64,000 nt of DNA from an uncultured Candidatus Actinomarina sp. GTDB lineage: Bacteria > Actinomycetota > Acidimicrobiia > Actinomarinales > Actinomarinaceae. The notes beneath the pieces are model-generated. The model was not told the DNA's origin. It was given only the letters and a program-made list of their open reading frames with translations, and did not search any database. The DNA is taken from the NCBI GenBank assembly GCA_902555985.1, contig CACDUI010000003.1, forward strand, positions 12,432 through 76,431. Reading direction: 5' to 3'. The translations under genes and the position numbers were made by a program. This document shows, in pieces, positions 49,207 to 59,710 of the stretch (positions are counted from its first letter, which is position 1; the number at the start of each line of letters is the position of its first letter).

Positions 49207-49792
49207 TTAAGTTTATGGTTCTTTCAACATCTTTAAGAGCATGGATGCTTTCCTGACTAGATAAAATTGTAGTTCTTCCCGCAGATTCTCTTTTGCTAAA
49301 TAAATCAAATAAAAGTTTTACCCCATTTTCATCGAGGTAGACTACTGGTTCATCAACACAAAGTACATCAGGATTTTTAATATCTGCAATAGCAATTTCA
49401 CTTCTCTTGACCATACCACTTGAGAAGTCTTCAATTAAGTCATCTTTAAAGTTGTATAGCTCGTACTTATTTAATATTTCTATTACATTTTCTTTAACCA
49501 AATTTTCATTATGAAGAAAATAATTTATATTCTCAATTAAGGACATTTTTGATATTAAAGAGGGCGTCGATCCAATTTCGATTATTGAATTGTTTCCTCT
49601 TTCAATATCTGATTTGAAAGTATTGCCTATAAAGTTATTGCTGATACACATAATCAGTGTTGTTTTACCTGAACCATTTTTACCAATAATTTCATAATTT
49701 TTTGAAAGCTCTAAAGAAATATCTTTATTATTTATTACAAGTTGATTCCCGTATCCAAGTGATAAATTATTTGATTTGAAAATTAAACTCAT
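49199..49792 (-). CDS. ccmA: ABC ATPase CcmA
   Basis: GKNGSGKTT, FSSGMVKR, VDEP...LD; heads the ccm cluster. Confidence 0.85.
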   Translation of the reverse strand: MSLIFKSNNLSLGYGNQLVINNKDISLELSKNYEIIGKNGSGKTTLIMCISNNFIGNTFKSDIERGNNSIIEIGSTPSLISKMSLIENINYFLHNENLVKENVIEILNKYELYNFKDDLIEDFSSGMVKRSEIAIADIKNPDVLCVDEPVVYLDENGVKLLFDLFSKRESAGRTTILSSQESIHALKDVERTINLND

Positions 49793-51303
49793 TTACTTAT
49801 TGTATAAGGTTCTTTATTTCTAATAAAACGTAAAATTAATTGAAGTTCATTGAAATAGTTAATTTCTGTATAATTTTTATCATCAAATTTTAAAAATATA
49901 TCATTTTCATCTAAAAGGTCTAATTTCAGATTAATTTTATCTTGAGATATTTCTATGTTTGAATCCTTTAACAAATTGATAATTTCAGTATCTAGATTTA
50001 ATATGTTTGAAATAAAATTATCAAACTCAATATAATTCTCAAATATTATCTTAAAATTTTTTAATTTTTGAGCTTCTTCAAAATTCTGTAAAGCAGATTG
50101 TTGGTTCAAATTATTAATTAGTATTTCTAGTTCCTTCTCTTTATTTTTAAAAAATGATATTAATTTTTTATTTACATTCATTAAGTATTTATGAAGATCA
50201 AATGAATCTATACAAGCACAGTCAGTATTAAGCAATATGGATATATCACATTGCGATTTTCTAGAATTGTTTCTTTTGCAATTCAATGTTTCAAACTTGT
50301 AGTCTAAAAATTTTTTAAAATTTTTTGCTTTTGAATAACTTAAAAAAGGTCCTATTTGAAATAGCGTATTTTTTGTATTTTTTAATTTTGAAATTTCAAA
50401 GTTATGTTTGTTATTCTTTAATTTTATCCAATATATGTTTCTTGATATACGTCCACTTCTATTTAATGAAGGTTTTAATTTGTTAATCAGTCTATGTTCG
50501 ACAATTAGTGATGAAAGTTCGTTATTCAAATTAATAATATTCAATTTATCAGAAGAATTGACTATTTTGTTTGATTTATAACTTCTTGAATAACTTAAAT
50601 GTGAGTTAATTCTGTTTTTTAAGTTATTAGATTTACCAACATATTGTATATTTTTTTTGTTAGAAAATATATAAACACCGTGAGTGTTTGGAATATTTTC
50701 TATTTTGAATTTATTTTTTAAATGTGAATCAATACTATTTAAATAATAATTGACACTTTCAACATCTTTTTTATCTTTTATTTGATCAAAAACTGCGAGA
50801 TTTTTAAAAACTTCATATGTAGTCAGCACATCTGCTTTGGAGTTGTGTTCATTTTGATTAACTGTTTTAAAATATTTACTTAATGTTACTAATTTGTGGT
50901 TTTTTACCTTAGACCGCATCAGTGCTCTTGATAGATTTAATGTATCTATAGTTTCATTATCAAATTTTTGCAAGTTGTTGCTCGTTAATGCGTAATTTAA
51001 AAATGATAAATCGAACTTTAAATTGTGTCCTATTATTATCGAATCAGATACAAAGTTTTTAATATTTAATATTTCATCATCAATAATTGGAGCAGCTTCT
51101 ACATGCCATTGATATATACCGGTTAGATTAGATATGAATAGGGGAATGTTCTGTTTAGGGTTAAATTTTGAGTAATAATCGTCTACCACTTTTTCATTCA
51201 ATACTTTTAAAATATAGAGTTCAATAATTTTATTAGATCCAGCTTTAATGCCTGTGGTTTCTACATCTAGAATCGCTAAGTTCTTATTTTTTACAAAGTC
51301 CAA
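49789..51303 (-). CDS. DEDDh 3'-5' exonuclease fused to a GIY-YIG (UvrC N-terminal-like) domain
   Basis: LDVETTG, HNL.FD, DTL, H...AD, then P...GVY.F....YVGKS.NL..R, E..LI....P.LN, a Cys cluster and a UVR-like FEEA segment. Confidence 0.88.
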   Translation of the reverse strand: MDFVKNKNLAILDVETTGIKAGSNKIIELYILKVLNEKVVDDYYSKFNPKQNIPLFISNLTGIYQWHVEAAPIIDDEILNIKNFVSDSIIIGHNLKFDLSFLNYALTSNNLQKFDNETIDTLNLSRALMRSKVKNHKLVTLSKYFKTVNQNEHNSKADVLTTYEVFKNLAVFDQIKDKKDVESVNYYLNSIDSHLKNKFKIENIPNTHGVYIFSNKKNIQYVGKSNNLKNRINSHLSYSRSYKSNKIVNSSDKLNIINLNNELSSLIVEHRLINKLKPSLNRSGRISRNIYWIKLKNNKHNFEISKLKNTKNTLFQIGPFLSYSKAKNFKKFLDYKFETLNCKRNNSRKSQCDISILLNTDCACIDSFDLHKYLMNVNKKLISFFKNKEKELEILINNLNQQSALQNFEEAQKLKNFKIIFENYIEFDNFISNILNLDTEIINLLKDSNIEISQDKINLKLDLLDENDIFLKFDDKNYTEINYFNELQLILRFIRNKEPYTISK

Positions 51304-51305
51304 TT

Positions 51306-52097
51306 TTATTTAGTTAATTCCCACATACCTATAGCAGCAGCTGTTGAAGCATTTAAAGAATCTACATTATTAGTCGATCTGATACTCAAGGCTACATATT
51401 CGTTTTCAAACCACTCATTAGAAATGCCGTATTGCTCAGCACCTACCACTACAGCAAAGTTATTTTCAGGTTTAAAATTTTCTAGACTTTCTTCACCTTC
51501 AGGATCTAAAAGAAGAATTTGATAATTATTTGAATTTAAAAAATCTCTTATCTTCTTATTACTGCTGCTCCAGATGTTCATATTAAAAACATGCCCAACA
51601 GAAGCTCTGATTACATTTGGGTTAAAAATATCTGTTATTTCGTCAGAGAGAAAAATATTGTTTATACCAAAAGATTTTGCAGTTCTAATCATTGTTCCCA
51701 AGTTTCCAGGTTTCTCTATTTGATCTGGTATTAAAATAGGTCCATTTATTTTATCAGGTAGGCTCAAATCTCTTGTATTAAATACTGCTATGAAACCATC
51801 AGGCCTATCTCGATAGGACATAGCTTTAAAAACTTTTTCAGATACTTTGACAATTCGAATATTTTCTTGTTCACATTCATCAAGTAGATCTTTATTATTT
51901 TCTCCAATGAATAGATCGCTACAAAAATACAATGTATCAATTTCATAATTTGAATCTAATAATTTATAACATTCTCTGAAACCTTCAGAAATTGATTTAT
52001 TAGATGACTTCCTATTTCGATTTTTTTTTAAAGATACTAAGAATTTATATTCAGGATTATTGAGTGATTCAATATTTTTATTTGCTGAAAAATTCAT
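51306..52097 (-). CDS. SpoU/TrmH-family RNA 2'-O-methyltransferase
   Basis: EKPGNLG..IRTA, IRAS.G, GAEQYG.S, SLNAS.AA. Confidence 0.9.
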   Translation of the reverse strand: MNFSANKNIESLNNPEYKFLVSLKKNRNRKSSNKSISEGFRECYKLLDSNYEIDTLYFCSDLFIGENNKDLLDECEQENIRIVKVSEKVFKAMSYRDRPDGFIAVFNTRDLSLPDKINGPILIPDQIEKPGNLGTMIRTAKSFGINNIFLSDEITDIFNPNVIRASVGHVFNMNIWSSSNKKIRDFLNSNNYQILLLDPEGEESLENFKPENNFAVVVGAEQYGISNEWFENEYVALSIRSTNNVDSLNASTAAAIGMWELTK

Positions 52098-52683
52098 TAT
52101 GTGTAAGTTTCTTTTTTATATTTTGCTTTTTAGAGTTTACTATGTTGTCGTTTTCCACTCCTGCAGTAACCATTCCAACAATTTGATAATCATGTGGAAT
52201 TTTGAATAAATCATGAATTTTTTTTCTGTCAATACTGTGAAGTCCCATAAATCCTGTTGCAAAACCTTGTTCCTCAATAAGAAGTAAGCAGTTCATTAGT
52301 GCAGCTCCAGCGTCAACATACCAATATGGAATGTCCCATTCTTTAGAATTAACTGCATTTTTTTTGTCAGAAGATGAATATCTCTTGTGATACTCATCTT
52401 CATTTAACAATAAAAAAAATAATCCTAAAGAATTCGATATCCACGGAGATTGATTATCTTTTTTGAAACTATCTTCATTAAATATTTGTGATACAGTTTT
52501 TATTTTTTTTGTGTCGAAAGTATTTAGTATTTCAATTCCTCTTGAAAATCCAGCTGTAGGTATTTTTACTGCGTACTTTGCAATATCTTCTAAGCTATTT
52601 TTATCAAAGGAAGCTTTTTGATAACTTCTGACTACTTTCCTATTATTTAAAAGATTTTCGAGATAGGTAGTTTCATTAGTCAT
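52078..52683 (-). CDS. Nitroreductase family protein
   Basis: R..VRSY, PTAGFS.G, PYWYVDAG, G...GF.G. Confidence 0.85.
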   Translation of the reverse strand: MTNETTYLENLLNNRKVVRSYQKASFDKNSLEDIAKYAVKIPTAGFSRGIEILNTFDTKKIKTVSQIFNEDSFKKDNQSPWISNSLGLFFLLLNEDEYHKRYSSSDKKNAVNSKEWDIPYWYVDAGAALMNCLLLIEEQGFATGFMGLHSIDRKKIHDLFKIPHDYQIVGMVTAGVENDNIVNSKKQNIKKKLTHNEFFSK

Positions 52684-53743
52684 TAAAATTTTGCAATGAA
52701 TTTACTACAGCGTCTCCAACTTCGCTTGTAGTCATACCCATTTTTCCAGCCGAAAGTGAGTCAAGCTTTATAGCTGTATCAATTACAGCTTTCTCTATGT
52801 TGTCAGCGTATTTCTCTTCTCCTAGTTGCTTTACCATCATCGCAGCGGCTCCAACGCATGCTAAAGGGTTAATAACATTTTGATTTGTGTATTTTGGTGC
52901 AGAACCTCCTATAGGTTCAAACATGGAAACCCCTTCTGGATTAATATTACCACCAGCAGCAATACCCATACCACCCTGAATCATCGCACCTAAATCGGTG
53001 ATAATATCTCCAAACATATTATCAGTAACTATTACATCAAACCATTCTGGATTTTTCACCATCCACATACACACAGCGTCGACATGGCCATAGTCTGTTT
53101 CAATTTCAGGATAATCTTTTGCCACATCATAAAAGATTCTTTCCCATAAATCGTGTGCATAAGTTAAAACATTAGTCTTCGCACATAATGTAATTTTTTT
53201 ACGGTTATTATTTTTTGTATATTCAAAAGCATATTTTATACACCTGTGTATTGCATAATATGAATTAATCGATTCTTGAGTAGCAATTTCATTTTCAGTT
53301 CCGTAATGAATATAGCCTCCAGCACCTGCATAAAGTCCTTCAGTATTTTCTCTAACAACAACAAAGTTGATATCTTCTGGATTCTTGTTTGCTAGGGGAG
53401 TTTCTACACCAGGATACAGAACCACAGGCCTTAAATTTATATACTGATCAAATTCTTTTCTAAGTTTAAGGAGTATTCCTTGCTCAAGTATTCCAGGCTT
53501 TACACCAGGGTGACCTATTGCTCCTAACAAGACAGCATCAGCATTCTTTAATTGCTCAATATCTTGATCCGTGACAAGTTCTCCTGATTTTAGATACCTG
53601 TCACCACCTAAATCATTATTACTAAAAATAAATTCTACACCATAGTCTGCAGAAGTTGCTTTAAGAACTTTAACTGCTTCATTTACTACTTCTGGACCAG
53701 TTCCATCACCAGGAAGTAATGATATGTTATATTGTTTACTCAT
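52676..53743 (-). CDS. leuB: 3-isopropylmalate dehydrogenase
   Basis: [45 protein letters not shown]; follows leuA. Confidence 0.92.
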   Translation of the reverse strand: MSKQYNISLLPGDGTGPEVVNEAVKVLKATSADYGVEFIFSNNDLGGDRYLKSGELVTDQDIEQLKNADAVLLGAIGHPGVKPGILEQGILLKLRKEFDQYINLRPVVLYPGVETPLANKNPEDINFVVVRENTEGLYAGAGGYIHYGTENEIATQESINSYYAIHRCIKYAFEYTKNNNRKKITLCAKTNVLTYAHDLWERIFYDVAKDYPEIETDYGHVDAVCMWMVKNPEWFDVIVTDNMFGDIITDLGAMIQGGMGIAAGGNINPEGVSMFEPIGGSAPKYTNQNVINPLACVGAAAMMVKQLGEEKYADNIEKAVIDTAIKLDSLSAGKMGMTTSEVGDAVVNSLQNFND

Positions 53744-55230
53744 TTGTTTAACGCATTCAAAAATGACTCTACGGAACCTTGTACAACATCAGTTGAAACA
53801 GCTCTTCCTTGCTTCATTAAGTGCCCATCATTTATTATTGTTACAATTTCAGCAGTTGCATCAGCACCTTTTGTAATACTCTCAACTCTATAGTCAATTA
53901 AAGTTGCGTCTGATTTAAGAATAGTTTTAACTGCAGTAAATGCAGCATGAATCATTCCATCTCCAGTTGCTTCTTCAGTCACTTCCTCATCACCAACTTT
54001 AAGAGTTACACTAGCTGATGCGAATTCATCTTTACTGTTTACAGAAACTGAAATAAGCTTTGCAGCATCATTTTTTGTTTCAACTTGTCCTACTATTGCT
54101 CTTAGTTCATTTTCTACAATTTCACCTTTTCTATCAGCAATTTTTTTAAATGTATCAAAAGCATTATTAAAAGCATCATCATCTAAAATAATTTCTAATT
54201 TATCTAGGGCGTCTTTGAATCCCGCTCTACCAGAATGTTTTCCTAGTATAATTTTTGCCTCTTGACCTACTGAATCAGGGGACATGATTTCATAAGTAGT
54301 TGTATTTCTTAAATAACCATGTTGATGAATTCCTGATTCGTGGCTAAAGGCATTTTTGCCAACAACTGCCTTATTATATTGAACAGGATATCCAGTGAGT
54401 TTAGATACTAATCTAGATGTTTCAAATATCTCTTGAGTTTCAGCTTTAATTTCCACTCCAAATTGATCTTGTCTTGTTTTCACTGCCATAATAATTTCTT
54501 CAGTAGAAGTATTTCCTGCTCTTTCACCAATTCCATTTATAGCACCTTCAATTTGTCTCGCACCTGCAGTAATTGCTGTTAATGAATTAGCAACTGCTAA
54601 ACCTAAATCATTATGGCAGTGTGTAGAAATGATTACATCTTCGTTACCACCTTTGACTTCATCATAAACTGCCGTTAATAAATCTAGGTAATCCTGAGGA
54701 GTTGCATATCCAACTGTATCTGGAACATTAATTGTTGTGGCACCTTCTTCTACAGCCACCTTCAATACCTCAATAAGAAAATCTTTGTCAGTCCTTGTAG
54801 CATCTTGTGCTGAGAATTCTATGTTTTCACAAAGCTTTTTTGCATACTTTACAGACTCTTTTGTATCATTTAATACTTCCTCTTTGGTTTTTCGCAACAT
54901 GTGCTCCATATGAATTTGAGATGTAGAAGTAAAAACATGTATTCTTGAATCTTTAGCAACTTTTATTGCTTCCCATGCCTGTTCTATGTCATCTGGGTGA
55001 CATCTAGCAAGAGAAGCAATAGTTGAATTTTTTATATTTTTTGCAATCAAATTTACACCTTCCCAGTCGCCAGGTGATGATGCTGCAAAACCAGCTTCAA
55101 TTACATCAACCTTTAATTTTTCTAGCTGTTGTGCAATTAACAACTTCTCTGATGGGGTTAAGGCTATTCCGGGACTTTGTTCACCATCTCTAAGTGTTGT
55201 GTCAAATATGACTAGTTTATCGTCGCTCAT
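53740..55230 (-). CDS. leuA: 2-isopropylmalate synthase
   Basis: [49 protein letters not shown]. Confidence 0.96.
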   Translation of the reverse strand: MSDDKLVIFDTTLRDGEQSPGIALTPSEKLLIAQQLEKLKVDVIEAGFAASSPGDWEGVNLIAKNIKNSTIASLARCHPDDIEQAWEAIKVAKDSRIHVFTSTSQIHMEHMLRKTKEEVLNDTKESVKYAKKLCENIEFSAQDATRTDKDFLIEVLKVAVEEGATTINVPDTVGYATPQDYLDLLTAVYDEVKGGNEDVIISTHCHNDLGLAVANSLTAITAGARQIEGAINGIGERAGNTSTEEIIMAVKTRQDQFGVEIKAETQEIFETSRLVSKLTGYPVQYNKAVVGKNAFSHESGIHQHGYLRNTTTYEIMSPDSVGQEAKIILGKHSGRAGFKDALDKLEIILDDDAFNNAFDTFKKIADRKGEIVENELRAIVGQVETKNDAAKLISVSVNSKDEFASASVTLKVGDEEVTEEATGDGMIHAAFTAVKTILKSDATLIDYRVESITKGADATAEIVTIINDGHLMKQGRAVSTDVVQGSVESFLNALNK

Positions 55231-56243
55231 TTATCTTTTGATATATCCTTAGCATTCAAAAAAGGCATCATTTCTCTTAGACCCTTGCCAACTTCTTCAA
55301 GTTGGTGTTTTGAAGCTTCCGCTCTTTTTTCGTTTAAAAAAGGAGACCCTTCTCTAGCTTGTGCCATCCACTCTTTAGCAAATGCACCAGATTGTATTTC
55401 TTCAAGAACTTTTTTCATTTCACCTTTTGTTTCAGAAGTTATAATTCTTGAACCCCTTGAAAAATCACCATATTCTGCTGTATCAGATATTGAATGCCTC
55501 ATCCACTCAAAGCCACCTTCGTACATCAAATCAACAATTAGTTTTACTTCATGCAAGGTTTCAAAGTAAGCACTTTCTGGTTGGTATCCAGCTTCTACGA
55601 GTGTTTCAAAGCCGTTTCTTATTAATTCAGTCAAACCTCCACATAGAACAACTTGTTCACCAAATAAATCAGTTTCAGTTTCTTCTTTAAATGTGGTTCT
55701 TAAAATACCAGCTCTACCTCCACCAATTGCCGATGCATATGACATTGCAACATTTTCAGTATTTCCTGAAGCATCTTTATGAACGGCTACCAGACATGGC
55801 ATTCCGCTACCTTCTGCATAGGTTCTTCTTAAAAGATGACCAGGACCCTTTGGTGCAACCATAGCAACAGACAGGTCTTCTCTTGGAACTATTTCATTAA
55901 AATGAATGTTGAAACCGTGTGCGAATAGTAGGGTAGCCCCTTCTTTCATATGCAATGAAATTTCAGAGTTGTAAACATCTGCCATAACTTGATCTGGTAA
56001 AAGAAGCATTACTATGTCAGCATCTTTAGTAGCATTTTCTAAGTTTGCGACTTTTAAACCCATTTCTTCAGCTCTATTGAAAGATTCAGATTCCTCTCTT
56101 AACCCAACAGTTATATCTACGCCAGACTCATGCAAGTTAAGTGAGTGAGCATGACCTTGACTACCAAAACCTATTACTGCTACTTTCTTTGACTTTATCA
56201 ATTCTTGATCTATTGATGAGTCATAAATTATTTTGCTTTCCAT
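55227..56243 (-). CDS. ilvC: Ketol-acid reductoisomerase
   Basis: [48 protein letters not shown] Shine-Dalgarno. Confidence 0.97.
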   Translation of the reverse strand: MESKIIYDSSIDQELIKSKKVAVIGFGSQGHAHSLNLHESGVDITVGLREESESFNRAEEMGLKVANLENATKDADIVMLLLPDQVMADVYNSEISLHMKEGATLLFAHGFNIHFNEIVPREDLSVAMVAPKGPGHLLRRTYAEGSGMPCLVAVHKDASGNTENVAMSYASAIGGGRAGILRTTFKEETETDLFGEQVVLCGGLTELIRNGFETLVEAGYQPESAYFETLHEVKLIVDLMYEGGFEWMRHSISDTAEYGDFSRGSRIITSETKGEMKKVLEEIQSGAFAKEWMAQAREGSPFLNEKRAEASKHQLEEVGKGLREMMPFLNAKDISKDK

Positions 56244-56252
56244 ATATCCTCC

Positions 56253-56726
56253 TTACAAATTAGATTGCAGTGCTATTCTTCCACCTCTAACCATTTCTAT
56301 TATTCCAAACGGTTTCATTAAAGATTCAAACTTGTCTAACTCCTTAGATGAACCTGTTAATTCAAAAATTGCAAAATCCTGTCCGACATCTACAGAAGTA
56401 GCATTTGATAGAGAAGCTTTTTCAATTACAGAAGTTTGAGAATCTTTGTTTATAGAAACTTTCAATAATAAAACTTCAGTTTCAATTGTCATAGATGGAT
56501 CAAGTTCAACTATTTTTATAACATTAACTAATTTGTTTAATTGTTTTTTTACTTGTTCAACAGCATCAAGTTCAGTAACTATTGTCATCTTGGACCTGCC
56601 TTCAATATTTGTTGGCCCAACAGAAAGAGAATTTATATTGAAACCTCGTCTTGAAATAGTTGATGACACCCTTGCTAGGACTCCAGGTTTATCCTCTACT
56701 AAAACTGATAAAATTCTTTCACTCAT
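56253..56726 (-). CDS. ilvN: Acetolactate synthase small subunit
   Basis: SVLVEDKPGVL.RVS....RRGFNI.SL, KQLNKL..V. Confidence 0.95.
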   Translation of the reverse strand: MSERILSVLVEDKPGVLARVSSTISRRGFNINSLSVGPTNIEGRSKMTIVTELDAVEQVKKQLNKLVNVIKIVELDPSMTIETEVLLLKVSINKDSQTSVIEKASLSNATSVDVGQDFAIFELTGSSKELDKFESLMKPFGIIEMVRGGRIALQSNL

Positions 56727-58435
56727 AAGTTTTTAAGATCTTCTTTATTCATAATTATCTGATCGTTGCTTCCACCTGCAGGCACCATAGGAAATACCAT
56801 ATCATCTGGGTCAACAACACAATCTACCAAAACTGGTTTATCGTTTACTTCTAACATTTTGTTAAAAACTTTTTCAACATCAGATTTTTCCATCATTCTC
56901 ATGCCAATAGCACCCATTGATTCTGCTAATTTAACATAGTCAGGTGTATCGTGGGTTAGTTCAGAAGCAGAAAACTTACTATTGTAAAATATCTTTTGCC
57001 ACTGACGTACCATCCCATGGTTACCATTATTAAAAACAACAATCTTTATAGGAATATTTTCTGTTGAAGCTGTAATAAGCTCCTGACATGTCATTTGAAA
57101 ACATCCATCACCATCTAAAGCCAAAACTAATTTATTTGGGTAGGCTGTTTTAGCTCCAATTGCACCAGGTAGAGCATAGCCCATTGTTCCTAAACCACCT
57201 GAATTTAACCAAGTATTAGGTTCAGTAAAATTCCAGTGCTGGGAAATCCACATTTGATGTTGCCCAACTCCTGAAACTACAATTGCTTCCTCTTTAGTAA
57301 GTTTTTGTAGCTCTTCAAGTACATAAGGAACTTTGAGAGGCCCCTTGTCTTCTTGTTTGTAAGATAGAGGAAACTTAGATTTCATATCTTTAAGTTCTGA
57401 TATCCAGCTTTCAGTATCTAGATTTGTGTCGCCAAGTGATTCCATGAGTCCTTTTATTACACTTTTTGCATCACCAACAATAGGTACTTCTGCATCTCTT
57501 ACTTTTCCAATCTCTGCTGGATCTATATCTGCGTGAATAACTTTTGCATTTTGTGCAAAAAAAGATGGATTAGCAGTTACTCTGTCATCAAACCTTACAC
57601 CTATTGCAATCAATAAGTCTGCATTTTGGATAGAAGTTGTTGCGGTATAATTTCCATGCATTCCTGGCATTTCAAGACATAATTCATTTCCATCAGGGAA
57701 TGCACCTCTTCCCATGAGAGTAGTAACAACGGGGATCTTAAATTTTGTAGCTAAATCGAACAGTTCGGTATTTGCTTTAGAGTGAATGATTCCTCCACCA
57801 ACGTATAAAATCGGTTTTTTAGATTTTTTAATTAAATTTGCAGCCTGTTGAACCATTTTAGGGTTTGGCTCAAGAGTTGGTTTGTATCCAGGTAGGTCTA
57901 ATTTACCTGGTTCAACCCAAGAAGCTTGTTGATTAAGAATATCTTTTGGTATATCGATTAATACTGGGCCGGGTCTTCCAGTAGTGGCAATATATTTTGC
58001 CTCTTTTAAAATCTGAGGTATTTCAGAAGCATCTGTAATTAAATAATTATGTTTTGTTGCTGCCATTGAAAGGCCAACAGTGTATGCCTCTTGAAAAGCA
58101 TCATTTCCAATTGCATCTGATGCTACTTGTCCAGTAATAGCTAATAAAGGAGTAGAGTCCATTAATGCATTTGCTAAAGGTGTAATTAAGTTTGTTGCAC
58201 CAGGGCCAGAAGTAGCTATTACAACACCAAGTTCACCTGTTGCTTGAGCATATCCTTCAGCCATGTGCCCAGCACCTTGTTCATGTCTAGCGAGTATGTG
58301 TCGAATAGGACTATCGTATAAAGGATCATAAGCAGGGAGTATTGCACCACCTGGCACACCAAAGACTGTAGAAACATTAATATGCTCTAAACCTCTTATT
58401 ACTAATTCCGCTCCACTTAATTTGTCTTTTGTCAT
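56723..58435 (-). CDS. ilvB: Acetolactate synthase large subunit
   Basis: FG.PGGA, RHEQGA, TSGPGATN, RFDDRVT, VGQHQMW, SGGLGTMG, GDG.F.M. Confidence 0.97.
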   Translation of the reverse strand: MTKDKLSGAELVIRGLEHINVSTVFGVPGGAILPAYDPLYDSPIRHILARHEQGAGHMAEGYAQATGELGVVIATSGPGATNLITPLANALMDSTPLLAITGQVASDAIGNDAFQEAYTVGLSMAATKHNYLITDASEIPQILKEAKYIATTGRPGPVLIDIPKDILNQQASWVEPGKLDLPGYKPTLEPNPKMVQQAANLIKKSKKPILYVGGGIIHSKANTELFDLATKFKIPVVTTLMGRGAFPDGNELCLEMPGMHGNYTATTSIQNADLLIAIGVRFDDRVTANPSFFAQNAKVIHADIDPAEIGKVRDAEVPIVGDAKSVIKGLMESLGDTNLDTESWISELKDMKSKFPLSYKQEDKGPLKVPYVLEELQKLTKEEAIVVSGVGQHQMWISQHWNFTEPNTWLNSGGLGTMGYALPGAIGAKTAYPNKLVLALDGDGCFQMTCQELITASTENIPIKIVVFNNGNHGMVRQWQKIFYNSKFSASELTHDTPDYVKLAESMGAIGMRMMEKSDVEKVFNKMLEVNDKPVLVDCVVDPDDMVFPMVPAGGSNDQIIMNKEDLKNL

Positions 58436-58452
58436 ATATTTTTATCGTTCCT

Positions 58453-58483
58453 AAAAAAAAACCTCCCTATTTTTTTGGGAGGC
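58453..58483 (-). terminator. Attenuator intrinsic terminator upstream of ilvB
   Basis: Minus strand GCCTCCC-AAAAAAATA-GGGAGG followed by T9, about 17 nt before the ilvB ATG. Confidence 0.88.
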
Positions 58484-58505
58484 GCTCATCAAAGCAAAAT
58501 GAGCG

Positions 58506-58556
58506 CTAAATAAGTAATAGCACCAATTCTGAAATGACTACATTTAAATTTTTCAT
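58506..58556 (-). CDS. ilvB operon leader peptide MKNLNVVISELVLLLI (16 aa)
   Basis: ATG AAA AAT TTA AAT GTA GTC ATT TCA GAA TTG GTG CTA TTA CTT ATT TAG; 10 of 16 codons are Leu/Val/Ile; followed by alternative hairpins and a terminator. Confidence 0.88.
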   Translation of the reverse strand: MKNLNVVISELVLLLI

Positions 58557-58586
58557 TTAGAATAACTATAGTAAAGCCAAAAAAAA

Positions 58587-59696
58587 ATGAAAGAAATAAA
58601 TATTATAAATTTTTTAGAAGACAACGATATTAAATTGTCTTCCAATTTCAAATTAGGAGTAACTAGCCTGCCTTCTAATATAAATTTTGAAAAAAAAATT
58701 AGTGAAATAAAAGATAAACAACTTCATGCAAATATGAAGTTTACTTTTTCAAAACCAGAATATTCAGGTTTAGCCGATAAATTTAGTTGGGCTAAATCAG
58801 CATTACTCTTAACTTACAACTATAAAAATAAAACTCAGCCCTCAATGCTTGTTTCCCCTGGCTATGGTCAAATAGCTAGGTTTGCAGAAGAAGATTATTA
58901 TCTTCCTTTAAAAAATAAAATTTTAGAAATTGAAAAAGTATTTGAAAATTTAGATATAAAATTTCAGTCATTTATTGATAATCCAAGTCACTATGATCGT
59001 ACTTTTTTTGTATCTTCAGGACTAGGCTGGCAGGGTAAAAGCACAATGATGCTTACACCCGGTTCAGGACCATGGCAGCTGCTAGCAACTATCTATGTCG
59101 ATTTTAATTTTAAAGAAAATAAAAATTCCGAATTTTCTTGTGGAGAATGTAATTTGTGTCAAATTTCATGCCCAACAGGAGCATTAGACATGGATTATAA
59201 ATTAGATTCTAATAAGTGCATTTCTTACTGGTTACAATCTCCTGAGATTATTCCATATGAAATAAGAGATGCAATTGGAAATAAGTTTTACGGTTGTGAT
59301 GATTGTCTAACCTCATGTCCACCAGGTCAAGAGAACAAAATTTTTGTTACATTTAATAAAAACCAAAGAGTGAATCTTCAAGAAATTATTGAATCTGACG
59401 ATGAGCGTTTACTTGAAAAATACTATTGGTTTTATATACCAAAAAGGAATGCTGAATTTTTAAAAAGAAATGCCATTATTGCATTGGGGAATAATCCTGA
59501 TAACAGTACTTCAGAATTTTTTAGAAATGTTTATTCGAAATTCTCAACACACTTAAAAATTTATACTCTTTGGGCTCTTTTTAAAAATAATAATGTTGAG
59601 TTATGTGAACAATTAATTAAATTATATGATTCAGGTAATCCAAACATACTGGAAGAATATGAAAAATTAAAAGAAATGATTTCGTTGGTTAAATAA
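58587..59696 (+). CDS. queG: Epoxyqueuosine reductase
   Basis: [51 protein letters not shown]. Confidence 0.88.
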   Translation: MKEINIINFLEDNDIKLSSNFKLGVTSLPSNINFEKKISEIKDKQLHANMKFTFSKPEYSGLADKFSWAKSALLLTYNYKNKTQPSMLVSPGYGQIARFAEEDYYLPLKNKILEIEKVFENLDIKFQSFIDNPSHYDRTFFVSSGLGWQGKSTMMLTPGSGPWQLLATIYVDFNFKENKNSEFSCGECNLCQISCPTGALDMDYKLDSNKCISYWLQSPEIIPYEIRDAIGNKFYGCDDCLTSCPPGQENKIFVTFNKNQRVNLQEIIESDDERLLEKYYWFYIPKRNAEFLKRNAIIALGNNPDNSTSEFFRNVYSKFSTHLKIYTLWALFKNNNVELCEQLIKLYDSGNPNILEEYEKLKEMISLVK

Positions 59697-59710
59697 TCTA
59701 TTCTTATTCT

